Below are positions 8,939 through 18,274 of a stretch of 64,000 bases of DNA, piece by piece (positions within the stretch are counted from its first letter, which is position 1; every line of letters begins with the position of its first letter). Source of the DNA: an uncultured Chloroflexia bacterium (lineage in GTDB: Bacteria; Chloroflexota; Limnocylindria; Limnocylindrales; CSP1-4). The stretch spans positions 352,001 to 416,000 of the forward strand of contig CAWFXA010000003.1 in NCBI GenBank assembly GCA_963819655.1, read 5' to 3'. The position numbers and the translations under genes are program-made. Under the pieces are notes generated by a model. It was not told the DNA's origin, ran no database searches, and saw only the letters and a list, made by a program, of their open reading frames with translations.

Positions 8939-10363
8939 ATGTCCGACCGAGCCACGACCACACCCGCGCTCGAGGATCATCTCGACGCGACGCACGACAT
9001 GCGGCTCGCCAGTCTCCAGGATTTCCTGCGGATCCCGAGCATCTCGGCGCTGCCGGAGCACGCCGCCGACGCCCGGCGCGCGGCCGATTGGCTGGCCGAT
9101 GCCCTCCGCGCGGCAGGCGTCGAGACTGTCGAGGTCACCGAGACCAACGGCCATCCCGTCGTCTACGGCGACTGGCTCCACGCCGAGGGCGCGCCGACCG
9201 TGATCGTCTACGGCCATTACGACGTCCAGCCGGTCGACCCGCTCGACGAGTGGACCAGCCCGCCGTTCGAGCCGGTCGTCGATGGCGACCGGATCCTGGC
9301 CCGCGGCGCCGCCGACGACAAGGGGCAGATCCACGCGCACGTCGTCGCCGCCACGGCACTCCTCGCGACGCGCGGTCGGTTCCCGATCAACATCAAGTAC
9401 GTCTTCGAAGGGGACGAGGAGAGTTCGAGCGAGCCGCTCGAAGGATGGCTGACAGCCAACCGGCACCGCCTCGGGGCCGACGCCGCGATCATCAGCGACA
9501 CGGGCTTCTTCGACGGCAACGTCCCGGCGATCACGGTCGGCCTGCGGGGGCTGATGTACGCGCAGATCGACGTCGAGCTGTCGCCGGTCGACCTCCACTC
9601 GGGCAGCTACGGGGGCGCCGTCAACAACCCAGCGAATGCGCTCGCCCAGATCATCGCGGCACTCAAGGGCCCCGACGGTCGAATCCGCATCCCCGGCTTC
9701 TACGACGACGTGCTCGAGCTGACCGACCTGGAACGAGCCGCGATGGCCGAACTGCCGTTCGACGAGGAGGCCTACCGAGCGGCAGTCGGTGTCCCGGCGC
9801 TCGTCGGCGAGGCGGGTTACACGACCCTCGAGCGCAAGGCCACCCGCCCGACGCTTGACGTCAACGGGATCTGGGGCGGCTTCCAGGGCGAGGGTTCGAA
9901 AACGATCATCCCGGCACGGGCGCACGCCAAGGTCAGCACCCGGCTGGTGGCGCGCCAGGACCCCCACGACGTGTTCGAGAAGCTGCGGGACTTCGTCATG
10001 GAGATCGCCCCGCCGGGCGTCGCGGCCAGCGTTCACCTGATCGGGACCGGTCGACCGACCGTCACGCCGATCGACCATCCCATCACGCGGGCCGCCGCCC
10101 GTGGGTTGGAAGCCGCGTTCGGGAGAGCGCCCGTCTACCGCCGCGAAGGCGGTTCGATCCCCGTGGCGGCGACGTTCGAGTCGGTGCTGGGGTTGCCGGT
10201 GGTGCTGGAAGGTTTCACCCAACCCCATGAGCGGGCGCACGCTCCGAACGAGTGGCTCGATCTCGGCAACTACGAGAAGGCGATCCGGGCCATCGTCGCG
10301 ACCTTTGACCAGATCGCCGCGCTCGAACGTACGGGAGGGGACTGGCGCAGTACGGATGGGTGA
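8939..10363 (+). CDS. M20 family dipeptidase (ArgE/DapE-like)
   Basis: YGHYDVQP, RGAADDKG, EGDEE, DLHSG, GGSIP, HAPNE. Confidence 0.93.
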   Translation: MSDRATTTPALEDHLDATHDMRLASLQDFLRIPSISALPEHAADARRAADWLADALRAAGVETVEVTETNGHPVVYGDWLHAEGAPTVIVYGHYDVQPVDPLDEWTSPPFEPVVDGDRILARGAADDKGQIHAHVVAATALLATRGRFPINIKYVFEGDEESSSEPLEGWLTANRHRLGADAAIISDTGFFDGNVPAITVGLRGLMYAQIDVELSPVDLHSGSYGGAVNNPANALAQIIAALKGPDGRIRIPGFYDDVLELTDLERAAMAELPFDEEAYRAAVGVPALVGEAGYTTLERKATRPTLDVNGIWGGFQGEGSKTIIPARAHAKVSTRLVARQDPHDVFEKLRDFVMEIAPPGVAASVHLIGTGRPTVTPIDHPITRAAARGLEAAFGRAPVYRREGGSIPVAATFESVLGLPVVLEGFTQPHERAHAPNEWLDLGNYEKAIRAIVATFDQIAALERTGGDWRSTDG

Positions 10364-10399
10364 TACGGGATTCGGCCGGTGCTACCCTAATCTCGCCGC

Positions 10400-11527
10400 A
10401 TGAGCGCCAAGAGCGCCGGCCTCCGGGGAGGATCCGACCGCGTGAGCACCGATCTCGAAGCCAACGTCGTCCAGGCGCCTGCTGCGCGGGACTGGCGACT
10501 CGACACTGCCAACGGGAGCATGGCTCCGAGGTCCGCGCTGGACGTCCTCGTCGATCTCAACGAGCGGGTCACGACCGGTCATCTCGCTGAGTATCAGCCC
10601 GTCCCGCTCGGCTTCACGCCTCTCGACAAGACGATCGGCTCCGGCCTGCGTGCCGGGGAGCTGATGCTGATCGGCGGCGCCCAGGGCACCGGCAAGACCA
10701 CGATGGCCCTGCAGATGGCGCGCAATATCGCCTCGGGCGGTCAGGCCAACGTCCTGTACCTGTGCTTCGAGCACGACGAGGCGTACCTGATGAACCGGCT
10801 CATCGCGATGGAGTCGGCCCTGGCGCACCTCCCGCACAAGACCGGCGCCATCAAGATCCAGGATGTCCGCAAGGAGATCCTCGGGACCTGGATGGCCGAG
10901 GGTGCGGCGACCCCCCAGCTCGCCAACAACCCGCGGCTTCGCCCGTCACTCGACCGCATCGCACGCTACGGCCAGAACCTGTTCCTGCTGCGCGGCTCGC
11001 AGACCGCCAGCACGATCGACAACATCCGCAAGCTCGTCGAACAGCATCGCGCGTTGTCCGGCGAACGGCGCCTGGTCGTGTTCGTCGACTACATGCAGAA
11101 GGTGCCGCAGATCCCCGAGCCCGAGAACGAATCCGAGAAGGTCACGTTCATCGTCAACGGCCTCAAGGACATCGCACTGTCCGAGGACGTGCCGATGGTC
11201 GCGATCGTCGCCGCCGACAAGGAAGGCCTCAAGGCGTCGCGCCTCCGCAACTTCCACCTGCGCGGCTCGTCGGCCATCAACTACGAGGCCGACATCATCC
11301 TGATCCTCAACGAGAAGTACCACATCGTCGCCAAGGTCAACATCGAGTTCAACCCGTACCAGGCGCAGCGGTTCCGCGACTGGGTGGTGGCCTCGGTCGA
11401 GAAGAACCGCGGCGGTCAGGACAACGTCGACCTCGAGTTCGAGAAGCACTTCGAGTTCTCCTGCTTCGACCCGAACGGCCGGACAGTGCAGGAAAAACTG
11501 ATCGAGGAACGCCTCTACAACGACTGA
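10400..11527 (+). CDS. DnaB-like helicase C-terminal-domain-only ATPase
   Basis: GF..LD, GAQGTGKT Walker A, FE, VFVDYMQ Walker B, LRGSSAINYEAD, KNRGG; no N-terminal DnaB domain; alternative start GTG 10442. Confidence 0.85.
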   Translation: MSAKSAGLRGGSDRVSTDLEANVVQAPAARDWRLDTANGSMAPRSALDVLVDLNERVTTGHLAEYQPVPLGFTPLDKTIGSGLRAGELMLIGGAQGTGKTTMALQMARNIASGGQANVLYLCFEHDEAYLMNRLIAMESALAHLPHKTGAIKIQDVRKEILGTWMAEGAATPQLANNPRLRPSLDRIARYGQNLFLLRGSQTASTIDNIRKLVEQHRALSGERRLVVFVDYMQKVPQIPEPENESEKVTFIVNGLKDIALSEDVPMVAIVAADKEGLKASRLRNFHLRGSSAINYEADIILILNEKYHIVAKVNIEFNPYQAQRFRDWVVASVEKNRGGQDNVDLEFEKHFEFSCFDPNGRTVQEKLIEERLYND

Positions 11528-11604
11528 CCTCTCCGAGGCCCGAGGCGGAGCTCCGCGACGCCATCGGCCCGAGGATTCGAGGAACGTCTCTCTACAACGA
11601 CTAG
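11502..11604 (+). repeat. Direct duplication of the 3' end of the DnaB-like gene
   Basis: TCGAGGAACGCCTCTACAACGACT (11502-11525) and TCGAGGAACGTCTCTCTACAACGACT (11577-11602), 51 nt apart. Confidence 0.8.
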
Positions 11605-11661
11605 GGTCGGTGGCTGGCTGAAGCGCCCGAGGCAACCCGGCGGCACACGCCTCGGCGGAGA

Positions 11662-11950
11662 GTCGTCTTGCCAAGTCATGATCGCGACGAGGTCGCCGAG
11701 TCCACCTGACTGGCCAGGCGAAGGGGTCTGACTTTTCGTGCCATATCGCCACTGGGTGACGCTTCGGCGAGATAGGCGAGCGCATCTGGCAAGGCCCCGG
11801 CCATCGCGGCTGGAGGTTCGTGCGGGTCCGACGCCCCCCTCGGCCAAGCCCCGGCCCGATCGCGCCGGATTCGGCCACCGATCGTGCCCAAGCGTCATGG
11901 GGTGACGATTTGGCAGGAAAGCGACGGGTGACGATCTGGCAGGAAGAGAC
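11662..11950. repeat. Cluster of direct and inverted copies of the TTCCTGCCA(G/A)AT motif
   Basis: TTTCGTGCCATATCGCCAC (11734-11752) is complementary (16/19) to GTGACGATTTGGCAGGAAA (11902-11920), which is tandemly repeated at 11928-11945; weaker copies near 11667 and 11784. Confidence 0.65.
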
Positions 11951-12008
11951 TGGCGAACGGGTCGACGAGCCCGCTGCTTGGCCGCGGACACACCCGTACA
12001 CTCCACCC

Positions 12009-12536
12009 ATGCGCAGCCCCGGCGAGTACCCCGATGTCGTCGAGATCGTGGTCGAGATCCCCCGCGGATCGCGCAACAAGTACGAGTACGACGAGGCCGC
12101 CCGCGTCTTCCGGCTCGATCGCGTCCTGAGCAGCGCGGTCTTCTACAACTTCGACTACGGCTTCATCGAGGACACACGCGCCGGTGACGGCGATCACACC
12201 GACGCGCTCCTCGTCATCGATGAGCCGACGTTCACCGGCTGCCACGTGTGGGCCCGCCCGATCGGCGGGCTCGAGATGCGCGACGAGAAGGGTTTCGACT
12301 TCAAGGTGCTGTGCGTTGCGCTGGGCGACGCGCATCAGCAGCACATCGAACGGCTCGAGCAGGTCCGCCCGCACCGCCTCGTCGAGATCGAGCATTTCTT
12401 CCAGACCTACAAGGCGCTCGAGGACAAGGCGGTCGACGTCGTCGGCTGGCGCGACCACGACGCCGCGCTCCAAGTGCTCCGCGACGACCGCACCGCGTGG
12501 CTGCGCGAGCGCGAGGCGTTGGCCGGAGCGCCTTGA
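12009..12536 (+). CDS. ppa: Inorganic pyrophosphatase (family I)
   Basis: EIPRGSRNKYEYD, LDR, YGFI, DGDHTD, DEKGFDFK, HFFQTYK. Confidence 0.95.
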   Translation: MRSPGEYPDVVEIVVEIPRGSRNKYEYDEAARVFRLDRVLSSAVFYNFDYGFIEDTRAGDGDHTDALLVIDEPTFTGCHVWARPIGGLEMRDEKGFDFKVLCVALGDAHQQHIERLEQVRPHRLVEIEHFFQTYKALEDKAVDVVGWRDHDAALQVLRDDRTAWLREREALAGAP

Positions 12537-13162
12537 CGGACCGGCCGGGGAGGCGCTTCGGGGACCCCCACGCCGGCGTGCCGGGGCGACGTCTCTTCGT
12601 CGGGGTGCCGCTCCCCGACGACGCCGCCGCGGTCATCCGGGAGGTGGTGGACGAGGTCCGGGCGATGCCGTTGCCCGACGGCGCCCGTGACGTCCGTTGG
12701 GTCCGACTCGATGGGTTGCACCTCACGCTCCGCTTCCTCGGGCCGACCCCTGAGACGCTCGAGGCCCCGTCCGTGGCAGCCGTCGAGACCGTAGCGAGGG
12801 ACGCGGCCGGCGCGATCCAGATCGAGCTCGCCGGCAGCGGCACCTTCCCGCCAGGTCGCCGGCCTCGCACGCTGTGGATCGGCGTCAGCGACGGGGTCGA
12901 CGCCTTGTCCGAGCTTGCCGCGGCCACCGACGCAGCCCTCGTCGAGGCGGGCTGGCAGCCCGACAGCCGTCCGTTCCGACCGCACCTGACACTGGCTCGA
13001 TCTGACGGCGTCGCAGCGGGTCGGATGGTTGCTGACCGTCTGGCCGCGGCCATGGCGGATCGAAGGATTCGCGCGACGATCGACCAGGTCGGATTGTTCG
13101 AAAGCGTCACTGGCGGAGGCCCGGCCCGCTACGTGCCCGTCACGATAAGGAACTTCGCCTAG
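12533..13162 (+). CDS. thpR: RNA 2',3'-cyclic phosphodiesterase (2H family)
   Basis: RLFVGV, two HLT motifs (LHLTLRFLG, FRPHLTLAR); TTGA overlap with ppa. Confidence 0.9.
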   Translation: MTDRPGRRFGDPHAGVPGRRLFVGVPLPDDAAAVIREVVDEVRAMPLPDGARDVRWVRLDGLHLTLRFLGPTPETLEAPSVAAVETVARDAAGAIQIELAGSGTFPPGRRPRTLWIGVSDGVDALSELAAATDAALVEAGWQPDSRPFRPHLTLARSDGVAAGRMVADRLAAAMADRRIRATIDQVGLFESVTGGGPARYVPVTIRNFA

Positions 13163-13243
13163 GGCAAGGATCGGACCTTCACGTGTACCATCTGATCGCC
13201 CCGGACCCGTCCTGATCGGGTCGACAGGAGTCCCCCCATCGCC

Positions 13244-13954
13244 GTGACCACCGCTCAGCGCGCCCGCCTCGTCCTGAGCCTCGGTGTCCTGAACCTCGTT
13301 CTCGCGACGATCGCCATCGGCATCGGTGGAGTAGGACTCCAGCAGCGGGCCGAAGGGTCAGGGCAGCCCCTGGTTGCCGTCGTAACGACGCCGACGCCTG
13401 GCTCGACGAGCGTCGCGACGCCCAGCCAGGGACCCGGCTCGACGGGCCAGCCGGGCTCCGGCCAGCCGGGTACCGGTCAGCCGATCCCGTCACCCGCCGG
13501 CGCAGTGTCGCCATCCCCGAACGTCGTCCCGGCCGCGTCGCAAGGCCCGACCGTCGGACAAGGGCCAGCCGCGCCACCGACGGACGCGCCGACGGGGCCG
13601 ACCGCAGCGCCGACCGCCGATCCGACGCCGGCCCCGATCCCTGCCAGGACACCGACCCCGACCGCGCGGCCGACGCCGCGCCCCACGCCGAAGGCGACAC
13701 CCAAGCCCACCCCGAAGCCGATCGTCTCGACGCCGAACCCGCCGGCGGTGGCCAAGGTACGGCCGCCATGCCCGACCGAAGGCGGGCCTCCACCCGGGCA
13801 TTCCAAGACTGCCGACCCGCACAAACCGTGCAAGGACAAGAGCAACGGGAACGGCTCCAACAGCGCCTTCTTCCTCGTCCTGCCCCTGTTGGCGACGGGC
13901 ACGGCGTATGTCGTCCGACCCGAGCGGTTGCGTCCCCGGCGGCGCGCGCGCTAG
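13244..13954 (+). CDS. Pro/Thr-rich surface/membrane protein
   Basis: AGGAG SD, N-terminal TM, PT repeats, Cys pair, C-terminal hydrophobic stretch + Arg tail. Confidence 0.65.
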   Translation: MTTAQRARLVLSLGVLNLVLATIAIGIGGVGLQQRAEGSGQPLVAVVTTPTPGSTSVATPSQGPGSTGQPGSGQPGTGQPIPSPAGAVSPSPNVVPAASQGPTVGQGPAAPPTDAPTGPTAAPTADPTPAPIPARTPTPTARPTPRPTPKATPKPTPKPIVSTPNPPAVAKVRPPCPTEGGPPPGHSKTADPHKPCKDKSNGNGSNSAFFLVLPLLATGTAYVVRPERLRPRRRAR

Positions 13955-14007
13955 GCTCGCCCTCCCGACCGCAGGCGTACCGGCGGCAGGCGCGACTGGA
14001 GGCTTGG

Positions 14008-15381
14008 ATGGCGCCCTCGGATCCCCGTCAGACGAAGTTCGTGCTCGATGAGAGCCGGATCCCGCGGTCCTGGTACAACATCGCGGCGGACCTCCCGGTC
14101 CCGCCCTTCCCGTACCTCCACCCGGCCACGTTCGAGCCGATCGGTCCCGCCGACCTTGCGCCGCTCTTCCCGATGGCTCTCATCGGCCAGGAGGTCTCGC
14201 AGGAGCGCGAGATCGAGATCCCTGAGCCCGTCCGGGACGCCTACCGCCTGTACCGGCCGAGCCCGCTGTACCGCGCCCATCGACTCGAGCGCACGCTCGA
14301 TACGCCGGCGCACATCTATTACAAGTACGAGGGCGTCAGTCCGGCCGGCAGCCACAAGCCCAACACCGCGATCCCGCAGGCGTTCTACAACAAGGAAGAG
14401 GGCGTCGCGCGCATCGCTACCGAGACCGGGGCCGGCCAATGGGGCAGCGCGATGGCATTCGCCGGCGCGCTGTTCGGCCTCGAGGTCAAGGTCTACATGG
14501 TCCGCGCGAGCTATGACCAGAAGCCCTACCGCCGGATCCTGATGGAGACCTACGGCGCCGAGGTCGTCGCAAGCCCGTCGCTGACGACGAACTACGGTCG
14601 CTCGGTCCTCTCGGAGGATCCCGATAGCCCGGGATCGCTCGGCATGGCCATCAGCGAGGCGGTCGAGGACGCGGCGACCCGCGACGACACGAAGTACGCG
14701 CTCGGATCGGTCCTCAATCACGTGCTCCTGCACCAGACCGTCATCGGCCAGGAGGCGATCGAGCAGATGGGCATGGCCGGCGAATCGCCGGACGTCATCA
14801 TCGGCTGCACCGGCGGCGGCTCGAATTTCGCGGGGCTGACTTTCCCCTTCCTTGGGCGGAACCTGCGCGAGGGCGCCTCGCACCGGATCATCGCCGTCGA
14901 GCCCGAGGCCGCCCCGAGTCTCACCCGGGGTGTCTACACCTACGACTTCGGCGATACCGCCAAGATGGCACCGGTGGCGAAGATGTTCACCCTCGGGCAC
15001 GACTTCATCCCGGAGCCCATCCACGCCGGCGGCCTGCGCTACCACGGCATGTCGCCGCTCGTAAGCCTCCTCAAGGAGCACGGCGATATCGAGGCGCGCA
15101 GCGTCCACCAGCGCTCGAGCTTCGAGGCGGGAGTCACGTTCGCCCGGACGGAGGGCATCCTGCCGGCGCCCGAACCGACCCACGCCATCCGCGTCGCCAT
15201 CGACGAGGCGCTCGCAGCCAAGGAGGCCGGCGAGGCCCGGGTCATCCTATTCAACCTGTGCGGGCACGGTCATTTCGATCTTGCCGCGTACGAGCGCTAC
15301 CTCGATGGGACGCTCGAGGACTATGAGTATCCACGCGAGAAGGTCGAGGCGGCGCTCGCAGCGCTGCCCGCCATCGGCTGA
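14008..15381 (+). CDS. trpB: TrpB-like PLP enzyme (tryptophan synthase beta, TrpB2 type)
   Basis: [45 protein letters not shown]; GGAGG SD. Confidence 0.95.
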   Translation: MAPSDPRQTKFVLDESRIPRSWYNIAADLPVPPFPYLHPATFEPIGPADLAPLFPMALIGQEVSQEREIEIPEPVRDAYRLYRPSPLYRAHRLERTLDTPAHIYYKYEGVSPAGSHKPNTAIPQAFYNKEEGVARIATETGAGQWGSAMAFAGALFGLEVKVYMVRASYDQKPYRRILMETYGAEVVASPSLTTNYGRSVLSEDPDSPGSLGMAISEAVEDAATRDDTKYALGSVLNHVLLHQTVIGQEAIEQMGMAGESPDVIIGCTGGGSNFAGLTFPFLGRNLREGASHRIIAVEPEAAPSLTRGVYTYDFGDTAKMAPVAKMFTLGHDFIPEPIHAGGLRYHGMSPLVSLLKEHGDIEARSVHQRSSFEAGVTFARTEGILPAPEPTHAIRVAIDEALAAKEAGEARVILFNLCGHGHFDLAAYERYLDGTLEDYEYPREKVEAALAALPAIG

Positions 15382-15404
15382 TCGCCCAGGGGGTCATCGG
15401 AACC

Positions 15405-15650
15405 GTGCCGCGTCTCGCTTGTTGGTCATGTGGCCGCCAGATCTATACGGTGTCGCCGCTCGAGTCGCTGTTCGCCGAAGAGCGGCGCTGCCCACGGTGC
15501 GGGGCGTACATGAACATCGAGCGGCGCGAGCGCGAACGGCGTGAGCAGCTTCGGCGGATGAACCCGCCCGATGACCCCGGCCCCCCGTCGGACGACGGGG
15601 AGCGCCGTACGACCGATCGTCGGGTCCGCCGCCGGCGCGCCTCCAGCTGA
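15405..15650 (+). CDS. Small zinc-ribbon protein with ERR/DRR repeats
   Basis: CWSC...CPRC, then ERRERERR and ERRTTDRR; fills the gap between trpB and tyrA. Confidence 0.7.
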   Translation: MPRLACWSCGRQIYTVSPLESLFAEERRCPRCGAYMNIERRERERREQLRRMNPPDDPGPPSDDGERRTTDRRVRRRRASS

Positions 15651-15723
15651 CGGACTGGCATCGGACGGATCGCGCCGCCCGAGAACGGGGCGCCGGCACG
15701 GGCCGGCTGCGATACTCGGGTCC

Positions 15724-16599
15724 ATGCGGATCGCGCTCCTCGGGTTCGGGCTGATCGGCGGATCCATCGCACGTGCACTGCGAGAGCGCGGCGGGGCGTC
15801 GCCCGCCGACCACATCAGCGCATGGACGCCGTCGGGCGACGGGCCGGCAGCGGCCGCGCGCGACGGTGTGATCGATGTCGCGGCTGCGAGCCCGGAAGAC
15901 TCGATCAGCGGCGCCGATCTCATCGTCCTGGCCGGCCCCGCGCCGGTCTGCCTCGCACAGCTCGATGACCTGGCGGGCGCGTGGCGGGGCGCTCTCGCGC
16001 CGGGTGCCGTCATCACCGACGTGGCCAGCACCAAGACAGCCATCGTGCTTCGGGCGACCGCGCTCGGTCTCCGGTTCGTGGGTGGCCATCCGATGGCGGG
16101 GCGCGAGACCAGCGGCTACGCCGCGTCGACCGCGGACCTGTTCGTCGACCGGCCGTGGGTCATCGTCCCGAGCGCCGACGAGGCGGCCGTCGAGCGTTTG
16201 GAGGCACTCGCGACGGCCACCGGGGCGCGACCTCTGCGGATGACCGCGGCCGTCCACGATGAGGCGGTCGCCGCGATCTCGCACCTGCCACTGGTCGTCG
16301 CCGCCGCCCTGGTGGAGACGGTCGCCGGTGGCAGCTCGGCCGATCGCGAGGACTGGGCGATCGCGACTCATCTTGCGTCCAGCGGCTGGCGGGACATGAC
16401 AAGGCTTGCTCGCGGCGACGTCGCGATGGGCGCGGGGATCGTGTCGACCAACGCCCCGGCGATCGCCTCGAGGATCCGCGACCTCATCGGCGTGCTCGAG
16501 GCATGGCTCGCTGACCTCGAAAGGCCTGGTGGGCCGGATGAAGGCGACCTGACCGAGCGCCTGCGCGCAGCACGCGATCGCCTCGAGGCGATGGCGTGA
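15724..16599 (+). CDS. tyrA: Prephenate/arogenate dehydrogenase
   Basis: GFGLIGGS, DVASTK, GGHPMAG, HD...A.ISHLP, GWRDMTRLA. Confidence 0.92.
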   Translation: MRIALLGFGLIGGSIARALRERGGASPADHISAWTPSGDGPAAAARDGVIDVAAASPEDSISGADLIVLAGPAPVCLAQLDDLAGAWRGALAPGAVITDVASTKTAIVLRATALGLRFVGGHPMAGRETSGYAASTADLFVDRPWVIVPSADEAAVERLEALATATGARPLRMTAAVHDEAVAAISHLPLVVAAALVETVAGGSSADREDWAIATHLASSGWRDMTRLARGDVAMGAGIVSTNAPAIASRIRDLIGVLEAWLADLERPGGPDEGDLTERLRAARDRLEAMA

Positions 16600-17204
16600 G
16601 TCCGGCGCCGTCCGGCGAGCGCGTCCTCGTCGTGCCGCGTCGTCTCGTCCCCGACGACGCCGGCTGGTACGGCCTCCGCACGCACGACATCGACGACTTC
16701 CTCGAGATCGTCGCAGCACATGCTCGCTACGAGCTGCGCACCGAGATGGAACAGGATCCCGAGTTCAAGCAGATCATCCCGTACCTCGTCCTGCGCGACG
16801 GCGACCGCTACTTCCTGATGCGCCGCACACGCGCCGGTGGCGACGTGCGACTTCACGACCGCTGGTCGATCGGTGTCGGAGGTCACCTGAACCCGGGCGA
16901 TGACGGGCTATCGGGCGGGCTGCAGCGGGAATGGCGCGAGGAGCTCGTCGCCGATTTCGAGCCGGCATTCACGCCGTTCGCGCTCCTCAACGACGACACG
17001 ACCGACGTCGGGGCGGTCCATCTCGGCGTCGTCGTCCTGGCCGACGCCGGCGGGCGGCCGGTCGCCGTCCGCGAGACCGACAAGCTGTCGGGCGCATTCG
17101 CCGCGCCGGCCGAGGTCGCGGACGGCTCCGAGCATCTCGAAACGTGGAGCCGCATCGTGTTCGACGCGCTCGAGGCGACCTCGGTCGGTCCGGGGCGCGC
17201 GTGA
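16596..17204 (+). CDS. NUDIX-family predicted phosphoesterase (YmaB/COG4112-like)
   Basis: EQDP..KQIIPY, SIGVGGH.N, REWREEL, VGAVHLG. Confidence 0.85.
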   Translation: MSPAPSGERVLVVPRRLVPDDAGWYGLRTHDIDDFLEIVAAHARYELRTEMEQDPEFKQIIPYLVLRDGDRYFLMRRTRAGGDVRLHDRWSIGVGGHLNPGDDGLSGGLQREWREELVADFEPAFTPFALLNDDTTDVGAVHLGVVVLADAGGRPVAVRETDKLSGAFAAPAEVADGSEHLETWSRIVFDALEATSVGPGRA

Positions 17205-18211
17205 TCCGACGCCTCGCGGGTGCCGCGGGTGCGGCGCTGGTCTCCGGCGTGACGCTCCGGTTCGTCGGGCGACGCGCCGCGGAGGAGTTGCTCACGGCTC
17301 CCCGCGTCGGGCCCGATGAGGCCCGACTGGCGCCAGACCTCGACGCGCTCGGGGGCGAGGTCATCCGGTTCCGGTCCCGCGATGGGCTGCGTCTCGCGGG
17401 CCGCTGGGTTCCGGCCGACGCCGTGGACGCGTCGTGGACAACGGATCCGCACGAAGCGATCCTTCTGCTCCACGGCTACACGGGGTCGATCGCGCCGGAT
17501 CTGGTCGAGTACGGACCGTTCCTGCGCCGCACAGCGAACGTGCTGGGCATCGACTTCCGCGGCCACGGGGACTCCGATCCCGGCCCCTCGACGTTCGGGA
17601 TGCTCGAGGTCGAGGACGTTGCCGGTGCCCTGTCATGGCTCGGCGAGCGGGGCGTCACACGCGTGGCGCTGATGGGGACATCGATGGGCGGCATGGCGGC
17701 GATCGCCTCGGTGGCCATCCTGGGCGACGGCAGCTTCGCTGCCGCGGACGTGGATCCGTCGCCGACGCACGCGCCGGTGGATGCCCCACGGCCGGCGATC
17801 GTGGCGGTCGTCGCCGATGCGACGCCGCCGGAAGCCGAGATCCCTGTCGCCAATCGCATGCGGACGCCGTTCCGCCGCTTCCTGGCGGCCCGCATCTTCG
17901 ACGCTGCGGCGCGGCGATTGGGCGCCGATCCGCGCGAGATCGAGCCCGGACGAGTGATCGGCCTCGTCGAACCGGTGCCGCTCCTGCTCATCCACGGCGA
18001 CGCGGACACGACCGTCCCGCTCGCCGACGGCCAGCGATTGGCCAGCCTGGCCGGTCCGTCGGCCCGGCACTGGGTCGTCGCGGGTGCCGATCACAGTCAG
18101 GCACATGCCACGGCGGGGCAGGACTATGAGCGCCGGGTCGTGGACTTCTTGCGGGTGGCGTTCCGAAGCTCGCGCGGGGACGATCTGCGCAACCAGGGAG
18201 GCGACCTATAA
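17201..18211 (+). CDS. Alpha/beta hydrolase
   Basis: LLHG, DFRGHGDS, GTSMGG nucleophile elbow, HGDADTTVP, GADH. Confidence 0.9.
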   Translation: MIRRLAGAAGAALVSGVTLRFVGRRAAEELLTAPRVGPDEARLAPDLDALGGEVIRFRSRDGLRLAGRWVPADAVDASWTTDPHEAILLLHGYTGSIAPDLVEYGPFLRRTANVLGIDFRGHGDSDPGPSTFGMLEVEDVAGALSWLGERGVTRVALMGTSMGGMAAIASVAILGDGSFAAADVDPSPTHAPVDAPRPAIVAVVADATPPEAEIPVANRMRTPFRRFLAARIFDAAARRLGADPREIEPGRVIGLVEPVPLLLIHGDADTTVPLADGQRLASLAGPSARHWVVAGADHSQAHATAGQDYERRVVDFLRVAFRSSRGDDLRNQGGDL

Positions 18212-18274
18212 TCGCGACGCCGGGGTGGCTGTCGGTGTCCCGGTGACCGGCGCGATGCTTCCCGTGGAGGACTG

